Shown: positions 10,245 to 18,904 of the stretch, one piece after another | Numbering within the stretch: position 1 is the first letter of the stretch | How the letters are laid out: each line of letters starts with the position of its first letter | Assembly (NCBI GenBank): GCA_947311515.1 | Contig: CAMZLB010000025.1 | Span: forward strand, 1-61,448 | DNA: 61,448 nt | Direction of reading: 5' to 3' | Source: Candidatus Moraniibacteriota bacterium | GTDB lineage: Bacteria; Patescibacteriota; Minisyncoccia; Moranbacterales; GCA-2747515 | Made by a program: the position numbers and the translations under genes | The notes under the pieces: generated by a model | What the model was told of the DNA's origin: nothing | Database searches by the model: none | What the model saw: the letters and a program-made list of their open reading frames with translations, nothing else

Positions 10245-11279
10245 TTACCTTTTAATATTTTGAAGATTTTTTTTGATCAAAATATCATCAAAATATTTAG
10301 GTAGCTCAGTTTCATATTCAAACTTTTTTCCATCTAATTCAAAAGATAATTTCTGAGAATGTAAATAAAAAGTATGTAGTGATTCTGGGTTTAAAGTTCT
10401 GAATAATTTTTGATTCAGTTCTTTAAATCCCTTTGTTTCATATTTTACATCTCCTATTATGGGAGTGCCTATATGTCTCATATGTACTCTTATCTGATGC
10501 ATTCTTCCAGTTTTTGGCTTAGCTTCAACTATAGAAATGAATGGAGATATTATTTCCTTACCCATAGTAGAGCTTGTCTTTGTGATTGAAATACCTGACT
10601 CAAAAGAATCTATAGTTTTGTAAGAAGTTACCGCATCTTTAGCTTCACCTTTATATTTTCCAGACTCATTCAATACAACTTTTTGTCTCGTGTACCCCAT
10701 AGCTCTAGCAATTGGTGCATTTATTTCTCCAATCAATTCTTTTGGCTGTCCCCAAACTAATGTTATGTAAGTTTTGTCTATTTTTCTACTTGCAAATTTC
10801 TCCTTCAGCTCTTCAAAAGTTTTTTGATTTTTTGCAATAATCATCAGACCAGATGTGTATTTATCTAATCTGTGCACTATTCCAGGTCGAAGTTCATCAT
10901 CTCCAACCTCTCTTATTTCTGGATACTTAGCCACAAGCCCATTCGTTAAGGTAAATTCCCTTTCTGTTGTACTTGGATGAACTTGAATTCCTCTTTCTTT
11001 GTTTATAATTAAGAAATTTTCATTTTCATCAACTATGTTTAATATAACATTTCCATTTGACATAAGTCCAGTTACCTGTTTCACTAGCTCTTTAATGACT
11101 ATTACATCACCAATTTCTAATTTATAACTTGCTTTTGTTTTTTTATCATTACATACTATTTTTTCACTCTTTAACGCTCGTACCACATCTCCTCTAGAGA
11201 ATGCTGGATTCTTTTTTGATAAAAAAGAATCTATCCTGTTACCTGACTCTTCACTAGTTATTATATAATTTTTATTCAT
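10245..11279 (-). CDS. rluD: RluA-family 23S rRNA pseudouridine synthase (RluD-like)
   Basis: N-terminal S4-like segment (RIDSFLSKK), catalytic motif HRLDKYTSGLMIIAKN, and C-terminal HQIRVHM. Start taken at the ATG at 11279. Confidence 0.8.
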   Translation of the reverse strand: MNKNYIITSEESGNRIDSFLSKKNPAFSRGDVVRALKSEKIVCNDKKTKASYKLEIGDVIVIKELVKQVTGLMSNGNVILNIVDENENFLIINKERGIQVHPSTTEREFTLTNGLVAKYPEIREVGDDELRPGIVHRLDKYTSGLMIIAKNQKTFEELKEKFASRKIDKTYITLVWGQPKELIGEINAPIARAMGYTRQKVVLNESGKYKGEAKDAVTSYKTIDSFESGISITKTSSTMGKEIISPFISIVEAKPKTGRMHQIRVHMRHIGTPIIGDVKYETKGFKELNQKLFRTLNPESLHTFYLHSQKLSFELDGKKFEYETELPKYFDDILIKKNLQNIKR

Positions 11280-11362
11280 GAAATAATTATAACACATTTT
11301 TCTATTTTTTGCAAATTCATGAAAACACTATACTTAAATAAAGTCTTTTCATAAATATATCT

Positions 11363-11408
11363 AAAATCTATTGATTTTTGTGAAATTTTCATATTTTGAC
11401 AAAATTTG
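11363..11408 (+). repeat. ~46-bp intergenic repeat (family B) containing the palindromic core AATCTATTGATT
   Basis: AAAATCTATTGATTTTTGTGAAATTTTCATATTTTGACAAAATTTG closely matches 27246..27293. The 12-nt core recurs inverted at 58816..58827. Confidence 0.4.
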
Positions 11409-11907
11409 AATAATATTTTTCCTAGAAAAACATATAGAACAATTAGAAATGGTATATAATTTAGCTCAAAAATGAGTTCTAGTAACTGCTAGAAATTCAG
11501 AAAGATACAACTATTTTTAAGTATTACTGTGCAATCTTTGAGAAATATTTAGGTGACAAGATTTAGATTTGCAAAAATACTAATATTTGAATTTTGAAAA
11601 GGTTGGAGGAAAACTAAAAAGAATTGATGTAAAATTGATTAGTAATAATTAAAGTTTGGTAAAATTATATTTCATCAGTTATCTACCCATTTATATGTTT
11701 ACCTATTTATAATAGTATAATCATTCCAAAGGTAAATCGAATATTACACAAAAAGTAAAAAATTTAACAATATTATAAATTTCTAATGATAGTATCTCTA
11801 TCCAAAAATTACAGAAGACACTTCTATTGGCTATTAACATATATAGACAAGGGGTTTATTTTTTTAAATAACTATGCTATTCTTTATATAGATGGCTTGA
11901 TTGGTTA

Positions 11908-11936
11908 TTGACAATAATTAAAAGCTATATTATAGT
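11908..11936 (+). promoter_or_regulatory. Candidate sigma70 promoter of the secE-nusG-rplK-rplA unit
   Basis: Consensus TTGACA (11908..11913), a 17-nt spacer, then TATAGT (11931..11936). An 8-bp hairpin AAAAGCCC-ACAT-GGGCTTTT (11950..11969) follows in the predicted 5' UTR. Confidence 0.5.
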
Positions 11937-11984
11937 AAAGATACTAATCAAAAGCCCACATGGGCTTTTAAAAAACTTAAAAAA

Positions 11985-12170
11985 ATGACTAAAACATTTC
12001 AATTTTTTCGCGAGGCATATGGTGAACTTAGGCGTGTATCATGGCCAACGCGTGAACAAACAATTCAATACACTATACTAGTTATAATAATTAGTTTATT
12101 AGTAGCTTTCCTGCTGGGAGTACTAGATTATTTCTTTGGTGCTCTAGTAAGCGAATTCTTACTTAAGTAA
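11985..12170 (+). CDS. secE: Preprotein translocase subunit SecE
   Basis: 61 aa with a single C-terminal TM helix and ELRRVSWPTREQT. Sits in the conserved position upstream of nusG. Confidence 0.8.
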   Translation: MTKTFQFFREAYGELRRVSWPTREQTIQYTILVIIISLLVAFLLGVLDYFFGALVSEFLLK

Positions 12171-12184
12171 ATTTAAACAATACA

Positions 12185-12730
12185 ATGGCTAAACAAACAC
12201 AACACCATGGAAAAGCATGGTATGTCCTACATACCTATTCTGGATATGAAGACAACGTTGCACAAAATTTAAAGCAACGTATTGACTCTATGGACATGGA
12301 AGAATTTATATTTGACATTATGATTCCTACAGAGAAGAAGATTAAAATCAAAGCAGGTAAGCGAATTATGGTTGAAGAGAAAATTTATCCCGGTTACGTA
12401 CTAGTTCAAATGCTTGTAACAGATGCTTCATGGTACGTAGTTAGAAATACTCCAAATGTTACAGGTTTCATAGGACTCGGAACCACACCAACTCCAGTAG
12501 ATCCATCAGAAATTACTTCCATAAAAAAACGAATGGGCAAAGAAGAGCCTAAATATAAAATAGATTTAGAAAAAGGCGAGAAGATAAAAGTAATAGATGG
12601 ACCCTTTAAAGAATTTGAAGGAGAGATCAGAGAAACAGATGAGGCTAGAGGTAAGGTAAAGGTACTAATAATGGTATTTGGTCGAGAAACACCTGTTGAA
12701 GTAGATTTTACACAGATTCAGAAAATTTAG
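12185..12730 (+). CDS. nusG: Transcription termination/antitermination factor NusG
   Basis: NGN domain (WYVLHTYSGYE) and KOW motif (IKVIDGPFKEFEGEI). Terminates in TAG. Confidence 0.9.
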   Translation: MAKQTQHHGKAWYVLHTYSGYEDNVAQNLKQRIDSMDMEEFIFDIMIPTEKKIKIKAGKRIMVEEKIYPGYVLVQMLVTDASWYVVRNTPNVTGFIGLGTTPTPVDPSEITSIKKRMGKEEPKYKIDLEKGEKIKVIDGPFKEFEGEIRETDEARGKVKVLIMVFGRETPVEVDFTQIQKI

Positions 12731-12758
12731 ATAATAGTTAATTATAATAAAAAATTAT

Positions 12759-13187
12759 ATGGCAGAAAAAAAGATAATGACAACCCTTAAATTGCAAATC
12801 CAAGGAGGTAAGGCTAATCCAGCTCCACCAGTTGGACCAGCATTGGGTCAATGTGGTATAAATATCAATGATTTTTGTAATCAGTTCAATGATAAAACAA
12901 AAGACAAGATGGGTGACATAGTACCTGTTGAAATAACAGTCTATGAAGACAGGTCGTTTAGTTTCATAATGAAAACACCACCAGCTGTAGAATTACTCAA
13001 AAAAGCAGCAGGTATAAAAAAAGGAACCGATAACCCTCTTACAACCAAAGTAGGCAAGGTCACAAAAGCACAAATAAAAGAAATTGCAGAGATAAAAATG
13101 CCAGACCTAAATTCAGCTGATATAGAGGGTGCTATGAAAATAATTGAGGGAAGTGCTCGCTCAATGGGTATAACAGTAGAAAATTAA
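12759..13187 (+). CDS. rplK: 50S ribosomal protein L11
   Basis: [16 protein letters not shown] motif, 142 aa. Confidence 0.95.
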   Translation: MAEKKIMTTLKLQIQGGKANPAPPVGPALGQCGININDFCNQFNDKTKDKMGDIVPVEITVYEDRSFSFIMKTPPAVELLKKAAGIKKGTDNPLTTKVGKVTKAQIKEIAEIKMPDLNSADIEGAMKIIEGSARSMGITVEN

Positions 13188-13196
13188 ACATACACA

Positions 13197-13352
13197 ATGA
13201 AAAAAATAAATGTAATTGGAATAGTTCTTATAATAGTAGGTCTACTATTCATAGCAAAAACATATTTTGGCTTATTTTTAAATCTTAGCTGGAGTCATGT
13301 TTGGCCATTTATTTTGGTAGTTTTGGGACTATACTTTGTATCCAAAAAGTAA
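13197..13352 (+). CDS. Small 2-TM membrane protein (51 aa) inserted between rplK and rplA
   Basis: Hand-translated ORF below the ORF-track cutoff: MKKINVIGIVLIIVGLLFIAKTYFGLFLNLSWSHVWPFILVVLGLYFVSKK*. It has two hydrophobic helices. No clear SD. Confidence 0.4.
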   Translation: MKKINVIGIVLIIVGLLFIAKTYFGLFLNLSWSHVWPFILVVLGLYFVSKK

Positions 13353-13407
13353 AATAATAAATTAATTATGTGGGAGAATTATATTCGATAAAACCACAAT
13401 AAACAAT

Positions 13408-14082
13408 ATGAAAATCAGTAAAAGAATCAAGAAAGCAAAAGAATCAATAGAAAAAGGAAAATTATACGAAGCCTTAGAAGGATTCAAACTTGCAAAAGAA
13501 AATGCAGGAGCAAAATTTGATGAATCAATAGAAGTTCATGTAAATTTAAATATCAACCCATCTAAAGGAGATCAAGCCGTACGATCGACAGTTGTATTAC
13601 CTCACGGAACAGGCAAAAATATAAAAGTTTGTGTTATAACAAATGATGAAGCTGAAGCAAAAAAAGCTGGAGCTGATATCATAGGTGGTGAAGATTTAAT
13701 AGCTCAAATAAAAACTGGAAAATTACCCGAGGCTGATGTGATAGTAACTACTCCAGATATGATGCCAAAGCTTGCAACAGCAGCAAAAGTATTAGGTCCG
13801 CGAGGACTTATGCCTAGCCCAAAAACTGATACTGTTACGACAAATATAGTAGAAGCTGTTTCAGATCTCAAAAAAGGGAAAGAAAGCTTTAAGAATGATA
13901 AAGGAGCTTGTATTCATCAGGTAATAGGAAGAGCATCTTTCAGTGAAAGTGATTTAGAAGAAAATTACAATGCTTTTATAGAAGCCTTATTACTTCAAAA
14001 AGCTGACTCTGTAAAAGGAAGACTTATAAAATCTATAGCTGTATGTTCCACAATGGGACCTAGTATCAAGCTTAAAGTATAA
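13408..14082 (+). CDS. rplA: 50S ribosomal protein L1
   Basis: RSTVVLPHGTGK and GPRGLMPSPK motifs, 224 aa. Confidence 0.95.
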   Translation: MKISKRIKKAKESIEKGKLYEALEGFKLAKENAGAKFDESIEVHVNLNINPSKGDQAVRSTVVLPHGTGKNIKVCVITNDEAEAKKAGADIIGGEDLIAQIKTGKLPEADVIVTTPDMMPKLATAAKVLGPRGLMPSPKTDTVTTNIVEAVSDLKKGKESFKNDKGACIHQVIGRASFSESDLEENYNAFIEALLLQKADSVKGRLIKSIAVCSTMGPSIKLKV

Positions 14083-14108
14083 TTCTCTAGAAAAATATTT
14101 TCATAAAA

Positions 14109-14142
14109 ACATCCTCCTTGAGAGGTGTTTTTATTTTTTTTT
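14109..14142 (+). terminator. Intrinsic terminator after rplA
   Basis: Stem ACA(T)CCTC / GAGGTGT with loop CTTGA, followed by TTTTTATTTTTTTTT. Confidence 0.55.
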
Positions 14143-14147
14143 GAAAA

Positions 14148-14300
14148 TTAAGGAAGATTTCAAAAACTTTAAAAGTTTCTATTTTTGTTTTTTTTCAAAA
14201 TACAACTTAAAAAACCTTATAAACAAAGGCTTTTGAAAATGTATTTTAGAACTATTTTATTATTTTTTGCCAATAAGTTAGTTTTGCAGATATTCCTTAA
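14148..14300 (+). repeat. MITE-like element M1 (~153 bp) with terminal inverted repeats
   Basis: Termini are TTAAGGAAGAT ... ATATTCCTTAA. The full length aligns in inverted orientation with 48408..48556, and partially with 134..258 and 27137..27213. No coding capacity. Confidence 0.55.
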
Positions 14301-14328
14301 TATTAGTCGTATTATGATAAACTACAGA

Positions 14329-15327
14329 TTAATTACTCCCTACATATACTGAAAATTGATTTGTATTTTTTATTATTTGATAATTTTTGAAATATTTTGT
14401 GAAAAGTTTTTCAAGTTTTAAACGTGATTGTACAACTATTATAAATTTTCCCTTTTTCTTAAGAGACCTAGGTGAACTTTCTATTAAGTGCTCTATTATT
14501 TTAGTATGCTCTATCTTTTCAGTATGCATCGGAGGATTTGAAACTATAATATCATACCTAATCATTTCATCAAAATTCATAGAATCACTTGCTATGAACT
14601 GAGCACTGGGCATATTTTTTTTAGCTGCAAAAAGAGATATTAAATCTATGTCTAATCCTGTATATTCAATATCAGAAAAATATTTTTTTGCAATAACTCC
14701 TATAATTCCACTACCACAGCCATAATCCAAGATTGATTGTTTATTATTGATAAGTGGTAATAAACTATCCAATAAAACTTTAGTTCCTATATCTAACTTT
14801 CCAGAAGCAAACATTCCTGGATAAAATTCCATGTTTAGATTACTATCATCATACAATAACTCAGTATTTACCTTAAAATCCTGTATATTTTTTTCATCAA
14901 ATTTACTTTTTATCCTAGACATTAACACATGACACCTTTTTTTGAACAGAACAGTTTCTACATTATCAAAAAATATCCTCATCTTTTTTTTTGCTCCTTT
15001 TATGCCCTCATCAGTCATACCGTAAACAATAATTCTAGCATCTTTTATAAGTAAGCCTGATACAATATTTAAAATCATATCAAATGAAGCATGAGATTTG
15101 GGCAATCTTATTACAACCGTATCAAATACACTATTTTCTGGAAATATTTTTGAAGGTAATTTAGTAGAAAAAAATCTATTCCATACAGATAATTTAGAAC
15201 TTCTTTTAGAAAAAAAATTAAATAGTTTAATATCATAATTTTCCACCAATAATACATTACCAAGTTTCTCATCATTCTCAAAAGCCTCCTTAACTATATT
15301 TGTTGCAATCTCTACCCTATTATTCAT
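14329..15327 (-). CDS. Class I SAM-dependent rRNA (guanine-N2) methyltransferase, RsmC/RlmG-like
   Basis: SAM motif I ILDYGCGSGIIG and catalytic motif IV VSNPPMH. Two-domain length (332 aa) as in RsmC. Confidence 0.65.
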   Translation of the reverse strand: MNNRVEIATNIVKEAFENDEKLGNVLLVENYDIKLFNFFSKRSSKLSVWNRFFSTKLPSKIFPENSVFDTVVIRLPKSHASFDMILNIVSGLLIKDARIIVYGMTDEGIKGAKKKMRIFFDNVETVLFKKRCHVLMSRIKSKFDEKNIQDFKVNTELLYDDSNLNMEFYPGMFASGKLDIGTKVLLDSLLPLINNKQSILDYGCGSGIIGVIAKKYFSDIEYTGLDIDLISLFAAKKNMPSAQFIASDSMNFDEMIRYDIIVSNPPMHTEKIEHTKIIEHLIESSPRSLKKKGKFIIVVQSRLKLEKLFTKYFKNYQIIKNTNQFSVYVGSN

Positions 15328-15345
15328 ATTTAAATTTTATATAAA

Positions 15346-16605
15346 CTATAAATTATGTTTCTGTTTATAAAATTTCCACTGTTTTTTTGACCAATCTTTG
15401 GGCTTTTCGGTAAATTTTTCTTGACCAGGCTGTGGATAGTCATCTGGAGACTTATAATTACTATAAAATGTATCATTTATCACCAAATTACCATTCTTAT
15501 CAAACACTTTTTGTACAAAATATGTTTTCATAGAACCATCCGTATTTCTCTCTGTAACTATCGGACCTTTCATTTCCACGTTCCTACCATCATCTGTTCC
15601 ATAAAACTGAAATACTAACTCATTCCCATGTAATATAGTATCTATTAGTATGTAATTATCTGTATTATTTACAAATTTCATATCCGGTGCAGGAATGTAT
15701 ACTGTAGCATCAAACCCAGTAGGCAAATAATAATGTACAGGGTATGAATGATTTTTTCTTGCAGTGATTTTCATCCCAGTTAACACAGCTGCTCTAAAAA
15801 TCGTTGTCGACACTTGACATGTTCCTCCTCCATATTCAGGTATAGTTTGATTATTTCTTATCACTAACTCTTTTTTATATCCATTTTCACCGTCAACAGG
15901 ACCTAAATTATCAAGAAATGAAAATTCCTTATTAGGAGGAATTAAAAGACCTTTGAACTTACTAGCTGCCGTTTTTATATTATGTATCCTATTCCTTGTA
16001 GATCCTGAAAAGTTACTACGACCTTCACCAATAATTTCCTTCAATCCCAATTGTAAAAAATTATCACTTCGTATTTTTGCTAAGTTTTCTTTCAAACTCA
16101 AGGTGGATAATATTTTTTTATTTTTTAAGTCTTTCTCTATTATTTTTACTGACTCTTCTATATCAACATCTAAACCATTTACATGTGGCTTTGCTATAAT
16201 AACTTTTTTATCCTCTGTTATAGATAATTCAGAATTCACAGGAAGTACTTGAATTTGATTAGCTATACTTTCCACACTAAGCTGAATTTTTTTATCATCT
16301 GTATCAAAAGTAGCTAATTTCTTTTTATAAAACTTACTCTTAATAGTAGATATTAACTCATAAGGCACATCTTTTTGTACTATAAGTCTTGTGTTCTCTA
16401 TCTCTGACATATAGTCAGTAGTGTTTACAATATAAGGCTTTTCTATAAACCACTTATCTAATTCTTCTTTTGGAATAGTAAAGCTCTCTCCATTAGCTAA
16501 AACCTTAAAATCACTAAATTTTTCTGGAATCGATACAGCAAAAACACTACTAGTATTAATTAATAATAGAAAAAAAAATATTGATAAATATCCTAATTTA
16601 CTCAT
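15346..16605 (-). CDS. VanW-family protein with N-terminal signal/TM segment
   Basis: Signature GGGTCQVSTTIFRAAVLTG, then HSYPVHYY. Hydrophobic N-terminus LSIFFFLLLINTSSVFA. Confidence 0.8.
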   Translation of the reverse strand: MSKLGYLSIFFFLLLINTSSVFAVSIPEKFSDFKVLANGESFTIPKEELDKWFIEKPYIVNTTDYMSEIENTRLIVQKDVPYELISTIKSKFYKKKLATFDTDDKKIQLSVESIANQIQVLPVNSELSITEDKKVIIAKPHVNGLDVDIEESVKIIEKDLKNKKILSTLSLKENLAKIRSDNFLQLGLKEIIGEGRSNFSGSTRNRIHNIKTAASKFKGLLIPPNKEFSFLDNLGPVDGENGYKKELVIRNNQTIPEYGGGTCQVSTTIFRAAVLTGMKITARKNHSYPVHYYLPTGFDATVYIPAPDMKFVNNTDNYILIDTILHGNELVFQFYGTDDGRNVEMKGPIVTERNTDGSMKTYFVQKVFDKNGNLVINDTFYSNYKSPDDYPQPGQEKFTEKPKDWSKKQWKFYKQKHNL

Positions 16606-16723
16606 ACATTTAAATTTTTATACTATACTTGAGTAGATTACTATAACCTATCTAATACCTTAATTTCTTGCTAAATTTTTTGATGAAATAATAAATTTTA
16701 GACAGGATTTTAGATAAGCTTCT

Positions 16724-16752
16724 ATAAAAAAAGAAAGCTAAACTGCTCTCTT
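16724..16752 (-). terminator. Candidate intrinsic terminator after the hsp20 gene
   Basis: On the minus strand: AGAGAGC-AGTTTA-GCTTTCT (7 bp, one G.U) followed by TTTTTTT. Confidence 0.4.
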
Positions 16753-16779
16753 TTTGCCGTTTATTTGTCAAAAACCTAT

Positions 16780-17295
16780 TTAAAAACCTCTAACAGTGAT
16801 TTTTTTAGTTTTTGTAGTGTCAGCCTTTGGTAATTTTATTGTTAAAATACCATTTTTTAGAGTTGCATCAATCTTTTCGTCAAGTACATCCGTAGGAAGA
16901 ACCAATGAACGAGAAAAAGATCCCCAGTAACACTCTTGATAATAATAATTTTCTTCTGGAATACTATTGTCCTGAGTTCTTGCTCCTTTTATTGTTATCA
17001 TATCATTACTTATGCTAACATCAAGATTCTCAGGCTTAACTCCAGCAATTGTAGATTTAATGACAATATCAGTATCTGTTTGATACACGTCAATTGTTAA
17101 TTGACCCTCCTCATCAACTGCAGATGCCTCTTCTTCCCACATCTCTTCTCTCTGCTGTTCTTGTCGTTGCGGAATCTGTACTTCAGTCTCAACATCCTCA
17201 TCATAAATTTCCATCTGCCGTGGCTGCCCACGCTCAGGAAGCGAAGATCCTGAACCTGTAAATTTATCTAAAAATGAGTGTTTTTCTTTTGCCAT
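16780..17295 (-). CDS. Hsp20/alpha-crystallin family small heat-shock protein
   Basis: Alpha-crystallin domain (LTIDVYQTDTDIVIKSTIAGVKPENLDVSI ... LKNGILTIKLPK) after an acidic N-terminal extension. Confidence 0.85.
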   Translation of the reverse strand: MAKEKHSFLDKFTGSGSSLPERGQPRQMEIYDEDVETEVQIPQRQEQQREEMWEEEASAVDEEGQLTIDVYQTDTDIVIKSTIAGVKPENLDVSISNDMITIKGARTQDNSIPEENYYYQECYWGSFSRSLVLPTDVLDEKIDATLKNGILTIKLPKADTTKTKKITVRGF

Positions 17296-17455
17296 AAAAT
17301 TATTTTAATTTTTGTATCTATTTGTATTATAATATAAAAATAAAAACTACGCAAATAGCCGTATTCAAGAACCTATCTAAAACCTCCTATTGAGGTCAAA
17401 AATATTTACATTTTTCAAGCAGATTCTTAGATTTAAAAATCCAAAATACAAATAC

Positions 17456-17484
17456 TTTACATGCGTCAATTAACATGCTATTAT
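17456..17484 (+). promoter_or_regulatory. Promoter of cassette 1
   Basis: TTTACA, a 17-nt spacer, then TATTAT. Nearly identical to 19516..19544 and homologous to 21641..21669. The upstream block CTTAGATTTAAAA... is also shared by all three cassettes. Confidence 0.55.
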
Positions 17485-17490
17485 CTTATC

Positions 17491-17587
17491 AGGTTAGTTT
17501 TTTGATGTATTTAGCAATGGGCTTATACGCGACAGTGACTTAGTCACAAACTAATCTCAAAGAGCACTTTAACAAAAAGGATTAGCT
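17491..17587 (+). promoter_or_regulatory. Conserved structured 5' leader of cassette 1 (candidate cis-regulatory RNA and/or 12-codon uORF)
   Basis: Outer helix GGTTAGTTT (17492..17500) / AAACTAATC (17548..17556). Inner hairpin GTGAC-TTA-GTCAC (17535..17547). Conserved TGATGTATTTAG box. uORF at 17505..17543 (MYLAMGLYATVT*). SD AAGGA before the ATG at 17588. Confidence 0.45.
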
Positions 17588-18871
17588 ATGTTACCCATAT
17601 CTAAGATATCTGTGATATTAAAATTAATTTTGATATCAGTTGTGATATTACTCATTCCAGAATATGAAAATATTTTTCTGAATACAGTAATATTTTTACT
17701 TGCGCTTGTATTGGTACTTTTATTATCTATTAACTTAATAAAGGATGTATACAGCATTATTGGACTACAAAACAATGGTCTCAATTTAGGAATCATTGTT
17801 TCTCTGATAGTTTCTATAGAAACTGTGTTATTGGCACATTCATTTCAAATAGTAGAAGATACTGATATGGTATTGGCTATTGATTTGATAACTATCGTAC
17901 TTAGTACTTTTGCAATATTTATGAGCGGTTTTAAAAATGTACCAACCCTTCACAGAGAACAACTAACTTTTATGAATAAAATCCTAGCTGGAAAAGAGTT
18001 ATCAGAAGGACCTAGTTGGTGGTTTCCGTTTGTTGGAGATAGAAATCTCTTTCTTTTAGAAAATAAGCAATTAACAATTTTCAAGAAAGTAAAAGAAATA
18101 TCTATTTCAGATAGCGTTCACTTTAAAATTATGTCTATGCATATCATGTATAAATATCTCAAAGGATCTTTATACAAAGTAATGAACTTAGGAGAAAATA
18201 CAGAAGAAGAGATAAAGAAATTTTCCTTGCCCTATATAAAAAAAGCTATGCTACTAACTATTACAGCAAAAACAAAGGGATGTATAGAGCAAAATGATTC
18301 AGGCTTATCAGTAATGGATTTTTTCTTAAAAAACACGGAACTTATCAATAGAATTCTATTAAATGGTTCCTTTTTTGAATCTCATCAAAGATATAGTTCG
18401 CTACTTCAGGACAATTTTTATATAGATAGTGTAGTAAAACTATATAACAAACAACACCTTGATAAAAAAAATGTACCTAAAAGTAGGAAACTTAGTTGGT
18501 TTACACCAGAAATAGCTCTGGAGTATAAATTACCTGTTTTTACAGACGAACAAGCCGACAATTTAATTTCTAATAATATAGGTACAAGTGAACTAGTAAA
18601 TAATGGCTTGTTGAACAAGTTTCATGAAAACGGTTTTCAATTTATATATTTTATAATAGGACCTATGAAAGTTTCGGAAAATAATGAATATAATGGTAAT
18701 AGTGCCACCAATCCCGCACCCTCGTCGTCTAATAATAGATTTTCAGAGATATGTAGAGAGATTTTTGCATGGATTGAAATAAGAATGATAATGTTCATTG
18801 TTATTATTGTGGGAAGGATATGGTATTTCTTCAATGAAGAAGATACTGATTTTAGTTCTAGTTCTAACTAG
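17588..18871 (+). CDS. Cassette 1 'A' protein: 4-TM N-terminus + SPFH/Band-7-like domain, fused in frame to a B-type TM anchor and short Ser linker; ends at an in-frame TAG
   Basis: 427-aa ORF. The SPFH-like assignment comes from motif order (GPSWWFPFVG..., ...GFQFIYFIIGPMKVSENNE), by homology to copy 3. The C-terminal WIEIRMIMFIVIIVGRIWYFF-SSSSN matches the anchor and linker of the copy 3 B protein. The TAG at 18869..18871 is in frame with the next ORF. Confidence 0.6.
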   Translation: MLPISKISVILKLILISVVILLIPEYENIFLNTVIFLLALVLVLLLSINLIKDVYSIIGLQNNGLNLGIIVSLIVSIETVLLAHSFQIVEDTDMVLAIDLITIVLSTFAIFMSGFKNVPTLHREQLTFMNKILAGKELSEGPSWWFPFVGDRNLFLLENKQLTIFKKVKEISISDSVHFKIMSMHIMYKYLKGSLYKVMNLGENTEEEIKKFSLPYIKKAMLLTITAKTKGCIEQNDSGLSVMDFFLKNTELINRILLNGSFFESHQRYSSLLQDNFYIDSVVKLYNKQHLDKKNVPKSRKLSWFTPEIALEYKLPVFTDEQADNLISNNIGTSELVNNGLLNKFHENGFQFIYFIIGPMKVSENNEYNGNSATNPAPSSSNNRFSEICREIFAWIEIRMIMFIVIIVGRIWYFFNEEDTDFSSSSN

Positions 18872-18904
18872 AATCTGCCTAAACAGATCTTCAAAGATGT
18901 AGTT

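Noticed and set aside
17491-17587. Possible preQ1-I-like riboswitch, suggested by the hairpin followed by an A-rich ...AAACTAA... tail before the SD.
   Set aside because: The hairpin loop is only 3 nt (GTGAC-TTA-GTCAC), so it cannot form the required loop-tail pseudoknot. The conserved preQ1 aptamer nucleotides are not present, and the downstream genes are unrelated to queuosine metabolism.
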